Numbered from the stretch's first letter, positions 1 through 8,965 are shown. The stretch is DNA of 64,000 nt from Alphaproteobacteria bacterium (GCA_016794145.1 JAEUKP010000008.1:21199-85198), one strand, 5' to 3'. Translations and numbers: made by a program. The notes: generated by a model not told the origin, from the sequence alone.

Positions 1-366
1 CGGGCTATCCGATCCATGAACCGAATTTGCCTCGATGCTTTCCGCGAAATCTTTGCGGATGGTACCGGCATCGGCGTTTGCAGGATTGGTAGCCCCCATG
101 ATTTGGCGGTTTTTCGCGACAGCGTCTTCACCTTCCAGAACCTGAACAACCACTGGGCCAGAGGTCATGAATGTGACCAAATCTTTGTAAAAGGGACGCT
201 CTTTGTGAACTTCATAGAATTTTCCGGCTTGGGCTTCGGACATCCAGATACGTTTCTGGGCGACAATGCGCAGGCCATTTTCTTCAAAACGGGCGTTAAT
301 AGCACCGGTCAGGTTGCGGCGGGTTGCATCCGGCTTGATAATCGAAAAAGTACGTTGAACAGCCAT
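1..366 (-). CDS. ndk: nucleoside diphosphate kinase (C-terminus outside window)
   Basis: Absent from the ORF track because it runs off the window edge. The reverse complement from 366 reads [62 protein letters not shown]..., the canonical Ndk N-terminus. The 16..387 + ORF in the track is its antisense shadow. Confidence 0.9.
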   Translation of the reverse strand, partial: MAVQRTFSIIKPDATRRNLTGAINARFEENGLRIVAQKRIWMSEAQAGKFYEVHKERPFYKDLVTFMTSGPVVVQVLEGEDAVAKNRQIMGATNPANADAGTIRKDFAESIEANSVHGSDSP

Positions 367-504
367 AATGTAGATCCTCTGTGTTAAAGTAATATATAAT
401 GTGGGTTTTGATGCAGAGCTTATACGGACTTCACCCCCAAAAGACAAGCCCCACCCCCACGAAAAACGGCGACCCAACCCTGTATTTTTCATTAGTCATG
501 CGCA

Positions 505-536
505 AATCGCATAACAAAAATGCAATAATCGCATAA
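505..536. promoter_or_regulatory. two direct copies of AATCGCATAA with starts 22 bp apart, in the ndk / orphan-gene intergenic region
   Basis: AATCGCATAA occurs at 505-514 and 527-536, about two helical turns apart, within an AT-rich divergent promoter region. This is a candidate operator only; no binding factor is known. Confidence 0.25.
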
Positions 537-689
537 TTTTGCTTGCACTCTGCAAAAAAATCAGGAAATATATAACCGTTAGTTTGTTTTTTACTTGATT
601 TCGATACAGCAATTCACTTATGCTGATGTAAGGAAATTGCAAATTAAGAGATAAAGACGACATTATAGAAGCAAAGGAGGATTGTCAGA

Positions 690-1706
690 ATGGCGGGTAT
701 TTCATTTTTACAAAAAGCATCTCAAGACGCACGCCAACTTCCCGAAATTATTTGCCCTACAAATCGCCTTACATTAGAAGAAGTCCTTATATCCCTCCAA
801 GAAGGAAAAACCGAACCACGCCAGCCTCATGATTTTATTGACGGTTTAGGATCAGAATCCCAAATCGCAAAAGCTGTATTCCGGTCAACCATCCTTCCTG
901 TTTTGAAAGATATTTTAGCCTCCCACATCATTAAAGATGGCCCGAAAAAAAATCCGGAACGAGTTGCAGATAAAGTTGCCGGAAAACTGGATTTAGATAT
1001 TGATCACATTCAAGAATACAAAGCCTCCGGTGATATTCACTATGGCCTCAATTGCGATTATATCCGCGATTCACAACTTGTTGGAGGAATGAACTTTATT
1101 AGAAGAGCCAGCGACTTGTTCCAAGGCCCCGGCGTATTGAGACTATCCAAAAATGGCGGCCAACCAGTTGATATTTTTATTCTGGACGTTGAAAACGGCT
1201 TTGTGGAAGAAGTCGCTCATAAACCAAAATTAAAACGCATAAACCTCAAGCTTGCCATTCCCATTTCCCTTGCGGATGGCACACGGACATTCCACGTTTT
1301 GGAACACAAAATCTACCTTAAAGCCTCGCAACAAAACGAGAGCGAGGGAACGAGAGCTTGGGGCGATCTGCGCACACTCCAAAAGCAAGAAAATTTACTA
1401 CAAGCTGCCTTTGATCAGGTTGCAGGAAATTCCCCAGAAGCGGCTAGTCTGTTGAATGAATTTATGGAAGTCGCAGCCCAAAAAGAGGCTATGGCCAAGT
1501 ATAGGAAAGAAATCAACGCCCGCGATGAGTCCATAAAAGGTATCCATGCCCTCACGGGATATAAACCGGAGACAACCGAAGGAAAAGTGCGCGATTTAAC
1601 ATGGGGCTTCACTCCACTGCAGACTGTTGTAGCTGATATTTTAGAAAAAAATTCAGCCCCCGAAACCATAAACCCTCCTTCTACATACGACCTTAAAATG
1701 GCTTAG
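690..1706 (+). CDS. hypothetical protein (orphan, no motif recognised)
   Basis: 338-aa ORF with a strong SD (AAAGGAGG, 673-680) upstream of the ATG. I recognise no family signature, signal peptide or TM segment. Confidence 0.6.
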   Translation: MAGISFLQKASQDARQLPEIICPTNRLTLEEVLISLQEGKTEPRQPHDFIDGLGSESQIAKAVFRSTILPVLKDILASHIIKDGPKKNPERVADKVAGKLDLDIDHIQEYKASGDIHYGLNCDYIRDSQLVGGMNFIRRASDLFQGPGVLRLSKNGGQPVDIFILDVENGFVEEVAHKPKLKRINLKLAIPISLADGTRTFHVLEHKIYLKASQQNESEGTRAWGDLRTLQKQENLLQAAFDQVAGNSPEAASLLNEFMEVAAQKEAMAKYRKEINARDESIKGIHALTGYKPETTEGKVRDLTWGFTPLQTVVADILEKNSAPETINPPSTYDLKMA

Positions 1707-1769
1707 CCAAGCCGTTCGGACATAAAATATCGGGTTTCTTTTTCTAAATACTCAGACTAAACTGCTGCC

Positions 1770-3401
1770 ATGACACATCCCATGGCGCAGGCCCCTCTCC
1801 TTTCTGTTCAGAATTTGACCGTGCGGTTTCAAACACCGGATGGGGTGTTTGATGCAGTCAAGGGCGTTAATTTCACCTTGGAAAAAGGCCAAACACTGGC
1901 CTTGGTCGGGGAGTCGGGATCGGGAAAATCGGTTACGGCCCTGTCTTTGTTGCAATTATTGCCCTACCCTTTGGCCTCGCACCCCACCGGATCCATCCTG
2001 TTCAACGGGCAGGAACTGGTCGGAGCCTCCCCCGCCACGCTGCAATCACTGCGTGGCGATAAAATCGGCATGATTTTTCAGGAACCTTTGTCGTCCCTCA
2101 ATCCGTTGCATACGATTGGCAAACAGATCGGCGAAGTCATTACCCTGCACAATCCCGCACTGAGCAAAGACCAGATCGACCAACGCGTTCTGGAATTAAT
2201 GGATATGGTCGGGCTGTCGTCTTTAAAATCCCGCCGGACAGCCTATCCGCATGAATTATCCGGAGGGCAACGCCAACGTGTGATGATTGCCATGGCGTTG
2301 GCCAACACACCGGATATCCTGATTGCCGATGAACCCACCACAGCACTGGATGTCACCGTCCAAGCCCAGATTCTGGAACTGTTGCAATCTCTGCGGGACA
2401 CATTGGGCATGGCTCTGATTCTGATCAGCCATGATTTGAATGTGGTTGAAAAAATGTGTGACCATATCTGCGTCATGAAACACGGAGAGATTGTCGAAAG
2501 TCGCAGCACGGCCGATCTGTTCCGGAATCCCCAGCACAGCTACACCCGACAATTATTGGCCTCTGCCCCGCGTCCGTCGCCCATTCCATCCAACCAGAAC
2601 GCGCCGGTTCTTCTCGATGCCCACGATATCTGCGTGTCATTTCCGACAAAGAAAACATTCTTCGGAAAAGTTATCGAACGTGTCACCGCCGTCGATCATA
2701 TCTCGTTCCAACTGCGCGAAAAGCAAACCTTGGGCGTGGTGGGGGAATCCGGATCGGGGAAAACAACTCTTGCTCTGGCCGTTTTAAAATTGATTGCCGC
2801 GACGGGGTCACTCACCTTCGAAGGACACGATATTACCGCGATAAAAGGCGCAGATCTCCGCGCTCTGCGTGCCCGTATGCAAGTCGTGTTTCAAGATCCG
2901 TTTGGATCCCTCTCTCCACGCATGAGCATTGCCCAGATTATCGGCGAAGGATTAACCGTTCATGCGCCCCACCTCACCGCCAGCGAGCGGGATGACCGCG
3001 TGGTACAGGCGTTGGATCGTGTGCGTCTGGATCCGGCTACACGTCACCGTTACCCGCATGAATTTTCGGGAGGCCAGCGCCAGAGAATCTCTATCGCCCG
3101 CGCCCTGATCCTCGAACCAAAATTGATCATTCTGGACGAACCCACATCGGCACTGGATGTCTCGGTACAGGCGCAAGTCGTCGAGTTATTGCAGGATTTA
3201 CAAGACCGCCTGAACCTGTCCTATATGTTTATCAGCCACGATTTGCGCGTGGTGCGCGCCATGGCGCATGATATTATTGTCATGAAGCATGGCCATGTTG
3301 TCGAGCACGGCCCTGCGGCACAAGTTTTTGATACACCGGCAGAGCCCTACACCCGCGCTTTGATGGATGCCGCCCTTCACCTGCGCACAGGTCACGCCTA
3401 A
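1770..3401 (+). CDS. yejF: ABC transporter ATP-binding protein with duplicated ATPase domains (YejF / oligopeptide-microcin C type)
   Basis: Two Walker A motifs (GESGSGKS, GESGSGKT), two LSGGQRQR signatures and two Walker B motifs (ILIADEPTTALD, LIILDEPTSALD). Length of 543 aa is typical of YejF. Confidence 0.8.
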   Translation: MTHPMAQAPLLSVQNLTVRFQTPDGVFDAVKGVNFTLEKGQTLALVGESGSGKSVTALSLLQLLPYPLASHPTGSILFNGQELVGASPATLQSLRGDKIGMIFQEPLSSLNPLHTIGKQIGEVITLHNPALSKDQIDQRVLELMDMVGLSSLKSRRTAYPHELSGGQRQRVMIAMALANTPDILIADEPTTALDVTVQAQILELLQSLRDTLGMALILISHDLNVVEKMCDHICVMKHGEIVESRSTADLFRNPQHSYTRQLLASAPRPSPIPSNQNAPVLLDAHDICVSFPTKKTFFGKVIERVTAVDHISFQLREKQTLGVVGESGSGKTTLALAVLKLIAATGSLTFEGHDITAIKGADLRALRARMQVVFQDPFGSLSPRMSIAQIIGEGLTVHAPHLTASERDDRVVQALDRVRLDPATRHRYPHEFSGGQRQRISIARALILEPKLIILDEPTSALDVSVQAQVVELLQDLQDRLNLSYMFISHDLRVVRAMAHDIIVMKHGHVVEHGPAAQVFDTPAEPYTRALMDAALHLRTGHA

Positions 3402-3484
3402 GCCACGTCATCACTTAAGCCAAATAAGAAAACCTGTTCATGATTTTTTATATACTTCGTTCGGTTAATGACCCGAAAAAAGAG

Positions 3485-3570
3485 CCCCCTCACCCCTCCC
3501 TCTCCCCGTGGGGGAGAGGGCAACGCAGGCTTAAGGCTGTAAGCCTTTAGCCGAAGTCGGGTGAGGGGGG
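3485..3570. repeat. palindromic repeat element, long variant (outer arms CCCCCTCACCC...GGGTGAGGGGG)
   Basis: Outer inverted arms enclose the hairpin CCCTCTCCCCGTGGGGGAGAGGG and a second AGGCTTA..TAAGCCT hairpin. It is the same family as 47583-47729 in the opposite orientation. It lies between the convergent genes yejF and traX-like. Confidence 0.8.
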
Positions 3571-3713
3571 CGAGTTCATAAAAATAAGCGCATTTTATTT
3601 GACGTAGGCTATAACAGTTTTCTTCGTGCGCTTTGTGGTGAAAAAAAGAATAGGTCACGCGAAGGTCGCAAAGAATTTTCCCTCTCGCACATCGGGGGAC
3701 GACACACCCTCAA

Positions 3714-4529
3714 CTACCCTTTTCCCGCCGGAAATAATGTCGGGGCGAAGGCGTGCACTCCTGCATCGGCATAAAGCAGATAGGCTTTGATCGCCAACAA
3801 ATGAAACACATAGATTTCCAAAGTATACCGCCCGCAAAAACGAATGATCCCGCTCACAGGGCGCGGGAAAAATTCTGTCAGCTTCGGGAATTCTGCAGGC
3901 CGGAACGTAAAAAACATGGCGCAACAAATAACCACAATCCCGATGCCAGTTACCAAAGATTGTGGCCTATTAAATCCGAAAAGAAAGACTTCTATTCCTG
4001 CCACAGCAAAAGATGCTACCACCGCATATAACGACAATCCCCATGCGGGGATGGGTATTCTCTCGCGCTGACGCATCCCGTAACCAATCAATCCCAATAA
4101 AATCGCCAGACTGCCATATTCAAACAAGGCGTTGGTGGGGATAGATAAAATCACCAACGCCACCACGGCATAAATCACTGGCTCGGCCCCTTTGAAGGTC
4201 ATCTCGCCAAAGCGCGGCATCGCCAAGCGGATCACAATAAACGACACCAACGCATTCAACGGCAAGGTATATTGCCCCAAAATCATATTTCCAACGATCA
4301 GTAACCCCGCACCGGCCCATAATTTTGGTTCGATAGAGTAGTTGCGGGCATATCCGGCCAGAATGAACCAGACCGGAAATCCAAAACGGCCAAACACGCG
4401 CCACCACGGCTCGTCCGGCAGGAAATACGCGCCCACATGGTCGATCAGCATAAAGACAAGTGTCGCCGCTTTCACCAGATCGTAACTGGTAATCACAGCG
4501 GGCAAATGATCGTTGCGTTTAAAAAACAT
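3714..4529 (-). CDS. TraX-family integral membrane protein
   Basis: 271-aa polytopic membrane protein. Its N-terminus (DLVKAATLVFMLIDHVGAYF) matches, as far as I recall, the TraX-family motif (K..A...M.iDH.g). Confidence 0.5.
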   Translation of the reverse strand: MFFKRNDHLPAVITSYDLVKAATLVFMLIDHVGAYFLPDEPWWRVFGRFGFPVWFILAGYARNYSIEPKLWAGAGLLIVGNMILGQYTLPLNALVSFIVIRLAMPRFGEMTFKGAEPVIYAVVALVILSIPTNALFEYGSLAILLGLIGYGMRQRERIPIPAWGLSLYAVVASFAVAGIEVFLFGFNRPQSLVTGIGIVVICCAMFFTFRPAEFPKLTEFFPRPVSGIIRFCGRYTLEIYVFHLLAIKAYLLYADAGVHAFAPTLFPAGKG

Positions 4530-4541
4530 CCTAGCCGATCC

Positions 4542-7394
4542 CTATAAAAAATTCTGCGGATCAATATCCACAATAACCCTGACGGCAGATGGAATTTTCA
4601 ATCCGCCCAACCATGCGGCAATCATTTTCTGGATATTCAAATTCTTTTCGGCGCGGATCAAAATCCGTTGACGATATTGTCCCCGTATCCGGTACATTTG
4701 CGCAGGCGCAGGCCCCAAGACCTGAACCCCTTCCACACGGGGAGCCGCCCGCCCGATCATCACCGCAATCTCTTTGGTGTGCGTTTCATCTTTTCCCGTA
4801 ATAACCAGCGCCGCCAAACGCGAAAAAGGTGGCATCCTGGCGATATGACGTTCGGCGGCTTCGGCTTCCAGAAACGCATCCCGATCATCCGCCGCAATCA
4901 TCTGCATCACACGTTGTTCGGCATTATAGGTTTGCAGGAAAACGCGCCCCTTTAAATGTTCACGCCCCGCGCGCCCCGCCACCTGATGCAACAATTGATA
5001 ACTCCGCTCTGTGGCGCGTAAATCTCCCCCGCTCAACCCCAAATCGGCATCTATAATACCGACACACGTAATCTGGGGAAAGTGATGCCCCTTGGCAATA
5101 ATTTGTGTGCCGATAATAATATCTACCTCGCCATTCTTGATGGCATCCAACGCCGCAATTAATTTGTCATGCGTATCTGTGATATCACTCGCCAAAATCA
5201 GGGAACGGGCTTCGGGGAAATATTCTTTAACCTCTTCGGCAATGCGCTCGACCCCCGGGCCACAGGCGACCAACGACTCCGGCTCGTGGCATTCGGGGCA
5301 CGCAACCGGAATGGGCATGGAAAATCCACAATGATGGCATTGTAAATGCGGCGGCGCATAATGGGTGCGCCGATGCTCGACCAACCATGCCGTACATTTG
5401 GGGCATTCCATGCGATGCCCGCAACTGCGGCAGAGCGTCAGCGGCGCAAAACCCCGCCGGTTCAAAAACAATAAAGCTTGCTGCTTGGCCGCCAATGTTT
5501 TCCGCACTTCCTCAATCACAACAGGAGATAAGAAATGTTGCCGTTCCGGTTTATCCACCCGTAAATCCACAATGCGAATATCGGGCTTGCTGGCGCCTCC
5601 GTAACGATCCGGCAATGACAGAAGGGTATACCGCCCTTCCCATACATTCTGCATGGTCTCGAGCGACGGGGTGGCCGATGCCAACACCACCGGAATTTTA
5701 CCCAGATGCGCCCGCACCACCGCCATATCGCGCGCGTTGTAAATCGTGCCCTCTTCTTGTTTGAACGCCGGATCATGCTCTTCATCCACCACGATCATGT
5801 GCAAATCGGCATAGGGCAAAAACAACGCGGATCGCGCCCCGACAACAACTTTGGTTTGACCCGTCACAATGCTCCGCCATGTCAGACGGCGTTGTGCCGG
5901 CGTCAAAGATGAATGCCACAGCGCAGGCTTGCCCCCGAAGCGCGCCGCAAAACGTTGAATAAATGCATTGGACAACGCAATTTCCGGCATCAGGATTAAA
6001 ACCTGCCCCCGTTTTTCGGCGATAATTTTGGCGATCGATTCAAAATAAACTTCGGTTTTTCCCGATCCCGTCACCCCATCCAACAAAAAGGCTTCAAATC
6101 CACCGGAATCAATCCGTGCATTGATTTTATCGGTCGCGGTTACTTGCTCCGACGTCAGCGATTTCGGAGCAAAATGCGGATCCGGATGCGCACACGGCGC
6201 GTTGGCGAAAATATCAATCGCTTGCAACACACCATGCTTGACAAACGTTTTTATTCGGGACGCACTCAGGCCCGTCGCCTGTGTAATCTCGGATAATCGC
6301 CGCGGAAGACCGTCTTCCAAAAGGGAGATAAGCTTCTCTGCATTCTCACAAAAAGCCCCCTCACCCAACCCTCTCCCCGTTGGGGCGAGGGCTATTCCTT
6401 CTTTAACTCCCTCTCCCCGTGGGGGAGAGGGTTGGGGTGAGGGGGAATCTTCTAAGGAAGACTTTTCCAAATACTCAACAATACGACTTAAAACACCCTC
6501 TTGATTTTCTAAAATCTCATTATTCCAGAAACGAAGAACGAAAAACCCCTGTGCCTCCAATGCCGCATCACGCTGGGCATCATAGGCCGCATTTTCTGCG
6601 TGCTGCCCACCATCCAGTTCCACAATCAATTTTTTTTCGATACAGACAAAATCAGCAATATACGGCGGGATCGGATGCTGCCTACGAAACTTGTACCCTG
6701 CCAAACGTCTATCTTTTAACACATGCCACAGTTTCTTTTCGACATCTGTCTGATTTTGCCGCAAATGAATGGCGTTCTGGATGCAATATGCCGGAGGTTT
6801 TGCATGAAATTCTTTGAGAGGATGAGAATCGCCCCCCTCACCCCTGCCCTCTCCCCCACGGGGAGAGGGAGTTAAAGAAGGAATAGCCCTCGCCCCCACG
6901 GGGAGAGGGTTGGGTGAGGGGGAATCTTGTGAGGGGGAATCTTGTGAGGGGGAATCTTGTGAATAGGAAGCCCTTTCCCCCAATATATACCCCGTCATTG
7001 GCTGGGCTGGCTCCAACGCCTGCGGCACGGATACCGCCATTTTCAGCACAGATCCCCGCCGTTCCATATTATATGTCGCAACCCAGTCGATAAATTGCCG
7101 CTGGACGGCCTCCATCGGCGGGAGATCATGCCTCACCAGAACAGATTTCAACTTAGAGGATGGAATAACATCCCCGCCAGACTCCCCGCCCTCTGCCACA
7201 GCCCAGACAACCCCATGCGCCACGCGCGGCCCCAAAGGAACGCTGACATAATCGCCCAGCGCCAATTCCATACCTTCGGGAATCAGGTAATCATAGGCTT
7301 TTTCAACCGGAGACGTGACCAAAATACTGCAAACGGACATCTTGCATTCCTGTAACGAGAAAGGCATGATGCCCTTATTCTTCATCTTTGACAA
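4542..7394 (-). CDS. priA: primosomal replication-restart helicase PriA carrying an in-frame ~200-aa insertion (DUF559 nuclease domain plus translated palindromic repeats)
   Basis: PriA N-terminus [21 protein letters not shown] (the likely true start is M19 at 7340). Walker A is GVTGSGKT and the DEEH box is VVDEEHD. The Cys-rich zinc region (CRSCGH..CPKC..CHHCG..CPEC) is intact. The ORF is 950 aa, and the residues from about 144 to 347 are foreign to PriA. Confidence 0.9.
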   Translation of the reverse strand: MSKMKNKGIMPFSLQECKMSVCSILVTSPVEKAYDYLIPEGMELALGDYVSVPLGPRVAHGVVWAVAEGGESGGDVIPSSKLKSVLVRHDLPPMEAVQRQFIDWVATYNMERRGSVLKMAVSVPQALEPAQPMTGYILGERASYSQDSPSQDSPSQDSPSPNPLPVGARAIPSLTPSPRGGEGRGEGGDSHPLKEFHAKPPAYCIQNAIHLRQNQTDVEKKLWHVLKDRRLAGYKFRRQHPIPPYIADFVCIEKKLIVELDGGQHAENAAYDAQRDAALEAQGFFVLRFWNNEILENQEGVLSRIVEYLEKSSLEDSPSPQPSPPRGEGVKEGIALAPTGRGLGEGAFCENAEKLISLLEDGLPRRLSEITQATGLSASRIKTFVKHGVLQAIDIFANAPCAHPDPHFAPKSLTSEQVTATDKINARIDSGGFEAFLLDGVTGSGKTEVYFESIAKIIAEKRGQVLILMPEIALSNAFIQRFAARFGGKPALWHSSLTPAQRRLTWRSIVTGQTKVVVGARSALFLPYADLHMIVVDEEHDPAFKQEEGTIYNARDMAVVRAHLGKIPVVLASATPSLETMQNVWEGRYTLLSLPDRYGGASKPDIRIVDLRVDKPERQHFLSPVVIEEVRKTLAAKQQALLFLNRRGFAPLTLCRSCGHRMECPKCTAWLVEHRRTHYAPPHLQCHHCGFSMPIPVACPECHEPESLVACGPGVERIAEEVKEYFPEARSLILASDITDTHDKLIAALDAIKNGEVDIIIGTQIIAKGHHFPQITCVGIIDADLGLSGGDLRATERSYQLLHQVAGRAGREHLKGRVFLQTYNAEQRVMQMIAADDRDAFLEAEAAERHIARMPPFSRLAALVITGKDETHTKEIAVMIGRAAPRVEGVQVLGPAPAQMYRIRGQYRQRILIRAEKNLNIQKMIAAWLGGLKIPSAVRVIVDIDPQNFL
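6356..6445. repeat. palindromic repeat element, short variant (left flank of the DUF559 cassette)
   Basis: CCCCCTCACCCAA-CCCTCTCCCCGTTGGGGCGAGGG-C-TATTCCTTCTTTAAC-T-CCCTCTCCCCGTGGGGGAGAGGG-TTGGGGTGAGGGGG. This comprises outer arms plus two internal hairpins. It is translated within priA as ...[29 protein letters not shown]... Confidence 0.9.
6832..6922. repeat. palindromic repeat element, short variant, inverted copy (right flank of the DUF559 cassette)
   Basis: By hand alignment, its reverse complement differs from 6356-6445 by about three substitutions and one extra G. The central spacer GTTAAAGAAGGAATA is the exact reverse complement of TATTCCTTCTTTAAC. Confidence 0.9.
6916..6960. repeat. 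perfect 15-bp tandem repeat x3 (GAGGGGGAATCTTGT) at the outer edge of the cassette
   Basis: Units lie at 6916-6930, 6931-6945 and 6946-6960. The first unit overlaps the terminal arm of the palindromic element. On the minus strand it encodes (SQDSP)x3 in PriA. Confidence 0.95.
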
Positions 7395-7411
7395 TAAAAG
7401 GACGTAATACC

Positions 7412-8068
7412 ATGAAATTCTTTGTTGATACCGGCGACATTAACGAAATTAAAGATCTGGCTGCCACCGGTCTGATTGATGGTGTCACCACCAACCCATC
7501 GCTGATCCTGAAATCCGGAAAGTCCTTTATCCCTCTGATCGAAGAAATCTGCGCCGTAGTGTCTGGCCCTGTCAGCGCCGAAGTCGCCTCGACCGATTAT
7601 GATACGATGTGGAAAGAAGCCGATAAACTGCGCCAGATCGCGGATAACGTCGCGGTAAAAGTACCGCTCACCCCTGCGGGCCTCAAAGTTTGCAAACGCC
7701 TTTCGGATGAAGGCACCATGGTCAACGTGACCCTGTGTTTCTCGGCCGCCCAAGCTATTCTGGCTGCCAAAGCCGGAGCCGCATTTGTCTCTCCGTTCGT
7801 TGGCCGTCTGGATGATGTCGGGCAAGACGGATTAACCCTGATTCAAGAAATTGTTGGCATCTACGACAATTACCCCGATTTCCAGACCGAAGTTCTGGTC
7901 GCCTCCATCCGCAACCCGATGCACATTGTCGAATCGGCCAAAATCGGCGCCCATGTCGCCACCTGCCCTGCGTCCGTGATCAAACAATTGTATAACCACC
8001 CCTTGACCGACAAAGGTTTGGCTGCATTTGTAGAAGACTGGAAAAAAACAGGCCAATCTATTCTGTAA
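7412..8068 (+). CDS. tal: transaldolase, short (fructose-6-phosphate aldolase-like) type
   Basis: [32 protein letters not shown] is the canonical short-Tal N-terminus. I prefer the ATG at 7412 over the TTG at 7388 given in the track. Confidence 0.9.
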   Translation: MKFFVDTGDINEIKDLAATGLIDGVTTNPSLILKSGKSFIPLIEEICAVVSGPVSAEVASTDYDTMWKEADKLRQIADNVAVKVPLTPAGLKVCKRLSDEGTMVNVTLCFSAAQAILAAKAGAAFVSPFVGRLDDVGQDGLTLIQEIVGIYDNYPDFQTEVLVASIRNPMHIVESAKIGAHVATCPASVIKQLYNHPLTDKGLAAFVEDWKKTGQSIL

Positions 8069-8092
8069 GGGCATTCTGTAAGGAGAAAGAAA

Positions 8093-8227
8093 ATGATTCG
8101 TACACTAGGACTTGTTTTTGTATTGGTTACAATTGCGATTGGACTGTCTTCCTGTACCAACACGGTTCGAGGCGTTGGTACGGATATTGAAAAAGTTGGC
8201 CAAGAGATCCAAAGGTCAACAAAGTAG
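8093..8227 (+). CDS. small lipoprotein, entericidin EcnA/B-like (44 aa)
   Basis: Too short for the ORF track. AGGAGA lies at 8081-8086 and the ATG at 8093. The product is MIRTLGLVFVLVTIAIGLSSCTNTVRGVGTDIEKVGQEIQRSTK, with a lipobox (GLSSC) and the NT.rG.G.D.e..G pattern typical of entericidins. Confidence 0.65.
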   Translation: MIRTLGLVFVLVTIAIGLSSCTNTVRGVGTDIEKVGQEIQRSTK

Positions 8228-8234
8228 ATCGTCA

Positions 8235-8933
8235 ATGATTGATATATTTACGTCCCTCAGTTTGTCGACCATCGCCACAGCCGCTGTGATCGGATATCTT
8301 TTTGGGTCTATCCCGTTCGGGTTGATCCTGACCAAGGTTTTCGGATATGGCGATATCCGGACCATTGGATCCGGCAATATCGGCGCCACCAACGTCCTGC
8401 GCACCGGAAACAAAAAGCTGGCCATTGCGACATTATTATTGGATGCCGCAAAAGGGGCTATTGCAACGATCCTTATTTCTCAATGGGTTGTGAATATACC
8501 GAATTGCGCGACCATTAATTGCTCCGGCCCCGGCCAGTGTAGCTGTGTGGGACCGGAAATATATAGCTACTACCAAATTCTGCCTCTTATCACCGCGTTT
8601 TTTGCCCTTCTTGGCCATATCTTTCCGGTGTGGTTAAAGTTCAAAGGCGGAAAAGGCGTTGCCACAGGACTGGGTATTTTGCTGACCTTGTCATGGCCGA
8701 CCGGATTGGCCGCCGCCGGTGTCTGGCTTGTCACAGCATTTCTCTCGCGCATATCCTCGTTATCAGCGTTAGTCGCCGTTGGAACCTCGCCTCTCTGGGC
8801 CTATCTGTTCGGAGATAGTCACCTGACATATTTATGTGGCGCAATGGCCGTTCTGATTATCGCCAAGCACCACAGCAACATCAAACGCCTGTTGCGTGGG
8901 GAAGAGCCAAAAATCGGTCAGAAAAAAGACTAA
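8235..8933 (+). CDS. plsY: glycerol-3-phosphate acyltransferase PlsY
   Basis: YLFGSIPFGLILTKVFGYGDIRTIGSGNIGATNVLRTG and HIFPVWLKFKGGKGVAT are PlsY signatures. The start is taken at the internal ATG at 8235; the track ORF begins upstream and overlaps the entericidin-like gene. Confidence 0.9.
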   Translation: MIDIFTSLSLSTIATAAVIGYLFGSIPFGLILTKVFGYGDIRTIGSGNIGATNVLRTGNKKLAIATLLLDAAKGAIATILISQWVVNIPNCATINCSGPGQCSCVGPEIYSYYQILPLITAFFALLGHIFPVWLKFKGGKGVATGLGILLTLSWPTGLAAAGVWLVTAFLSRISSLSALVAVGTSPLWAYLFGDSHLTYLCGAMAVLIIAKHHSNIKRLLRGEEPKIGQKKD

Positions 8934-8942
8934 CCGGAATCT

Positions 8943-8965
8943 CCCTCTCCCCCAAGGGGCGAGGG
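8943..8965. repeat. single hairpin of the palindromic repeat family (CCCTCTCCCC-CAA-GGGGCGAGGG)
   Basis: Lies between the plsY stop (8933) and the dprA ATG (8980). The dprA SD (AAGGAGA, 8967-8973) follows it directly. Confidence 0.7.

Larger units (their letters stand above)
6356..6922 (-). mobile_element. DUF559 cassette: a Vsr-like endonuclease domain flanked by inverted ~90-bp palindromic elements, in frame inside priA
   Basis: The core (6446-6831, minus strand) encodes [84 protein letters not shown], the full DUF559 signature. There is no in-frame ATG anywhere in the domain. The flanks 6356-6445 and 6832-6922 are reverse complements of each other. The 567-bp unit equals 189 codons. Confidence 0.75.

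Noticed and set aside
16-387. 123-aa plus-strand ORF at the window start
   Set aside because: It is the antisense shadow of ndk, whose canonical N-terminus reads from 366 on the minus strand.
3398-3927. Minus-strand ORFs 3398..3658 and 3655..3927
   Set aside because: The first is a translation of the palindromic element and its flanks (…[12 protein letters not shown]…). The second overlaps the 3' end of the TraX-family gene in another frame.
6356-6922. The priA insertion as an intein carrying a homing endonuclease
   Set aside because: There is no Cys/Ser/Thr at the upstream junction. There is no His-Asn followed by Cys/Ser/Thr at the downstream junction, and no Hint-domain blocks. The flanks are DNA-level palindromic repeats found elsewhere in intergenic DNA. 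This points to a DNA-level insertion, not a protein-splicing element.
7382-7825. 147-aa minus-strand ORF
   Set aside because: It is antisense to transaldolase and has no motifs.
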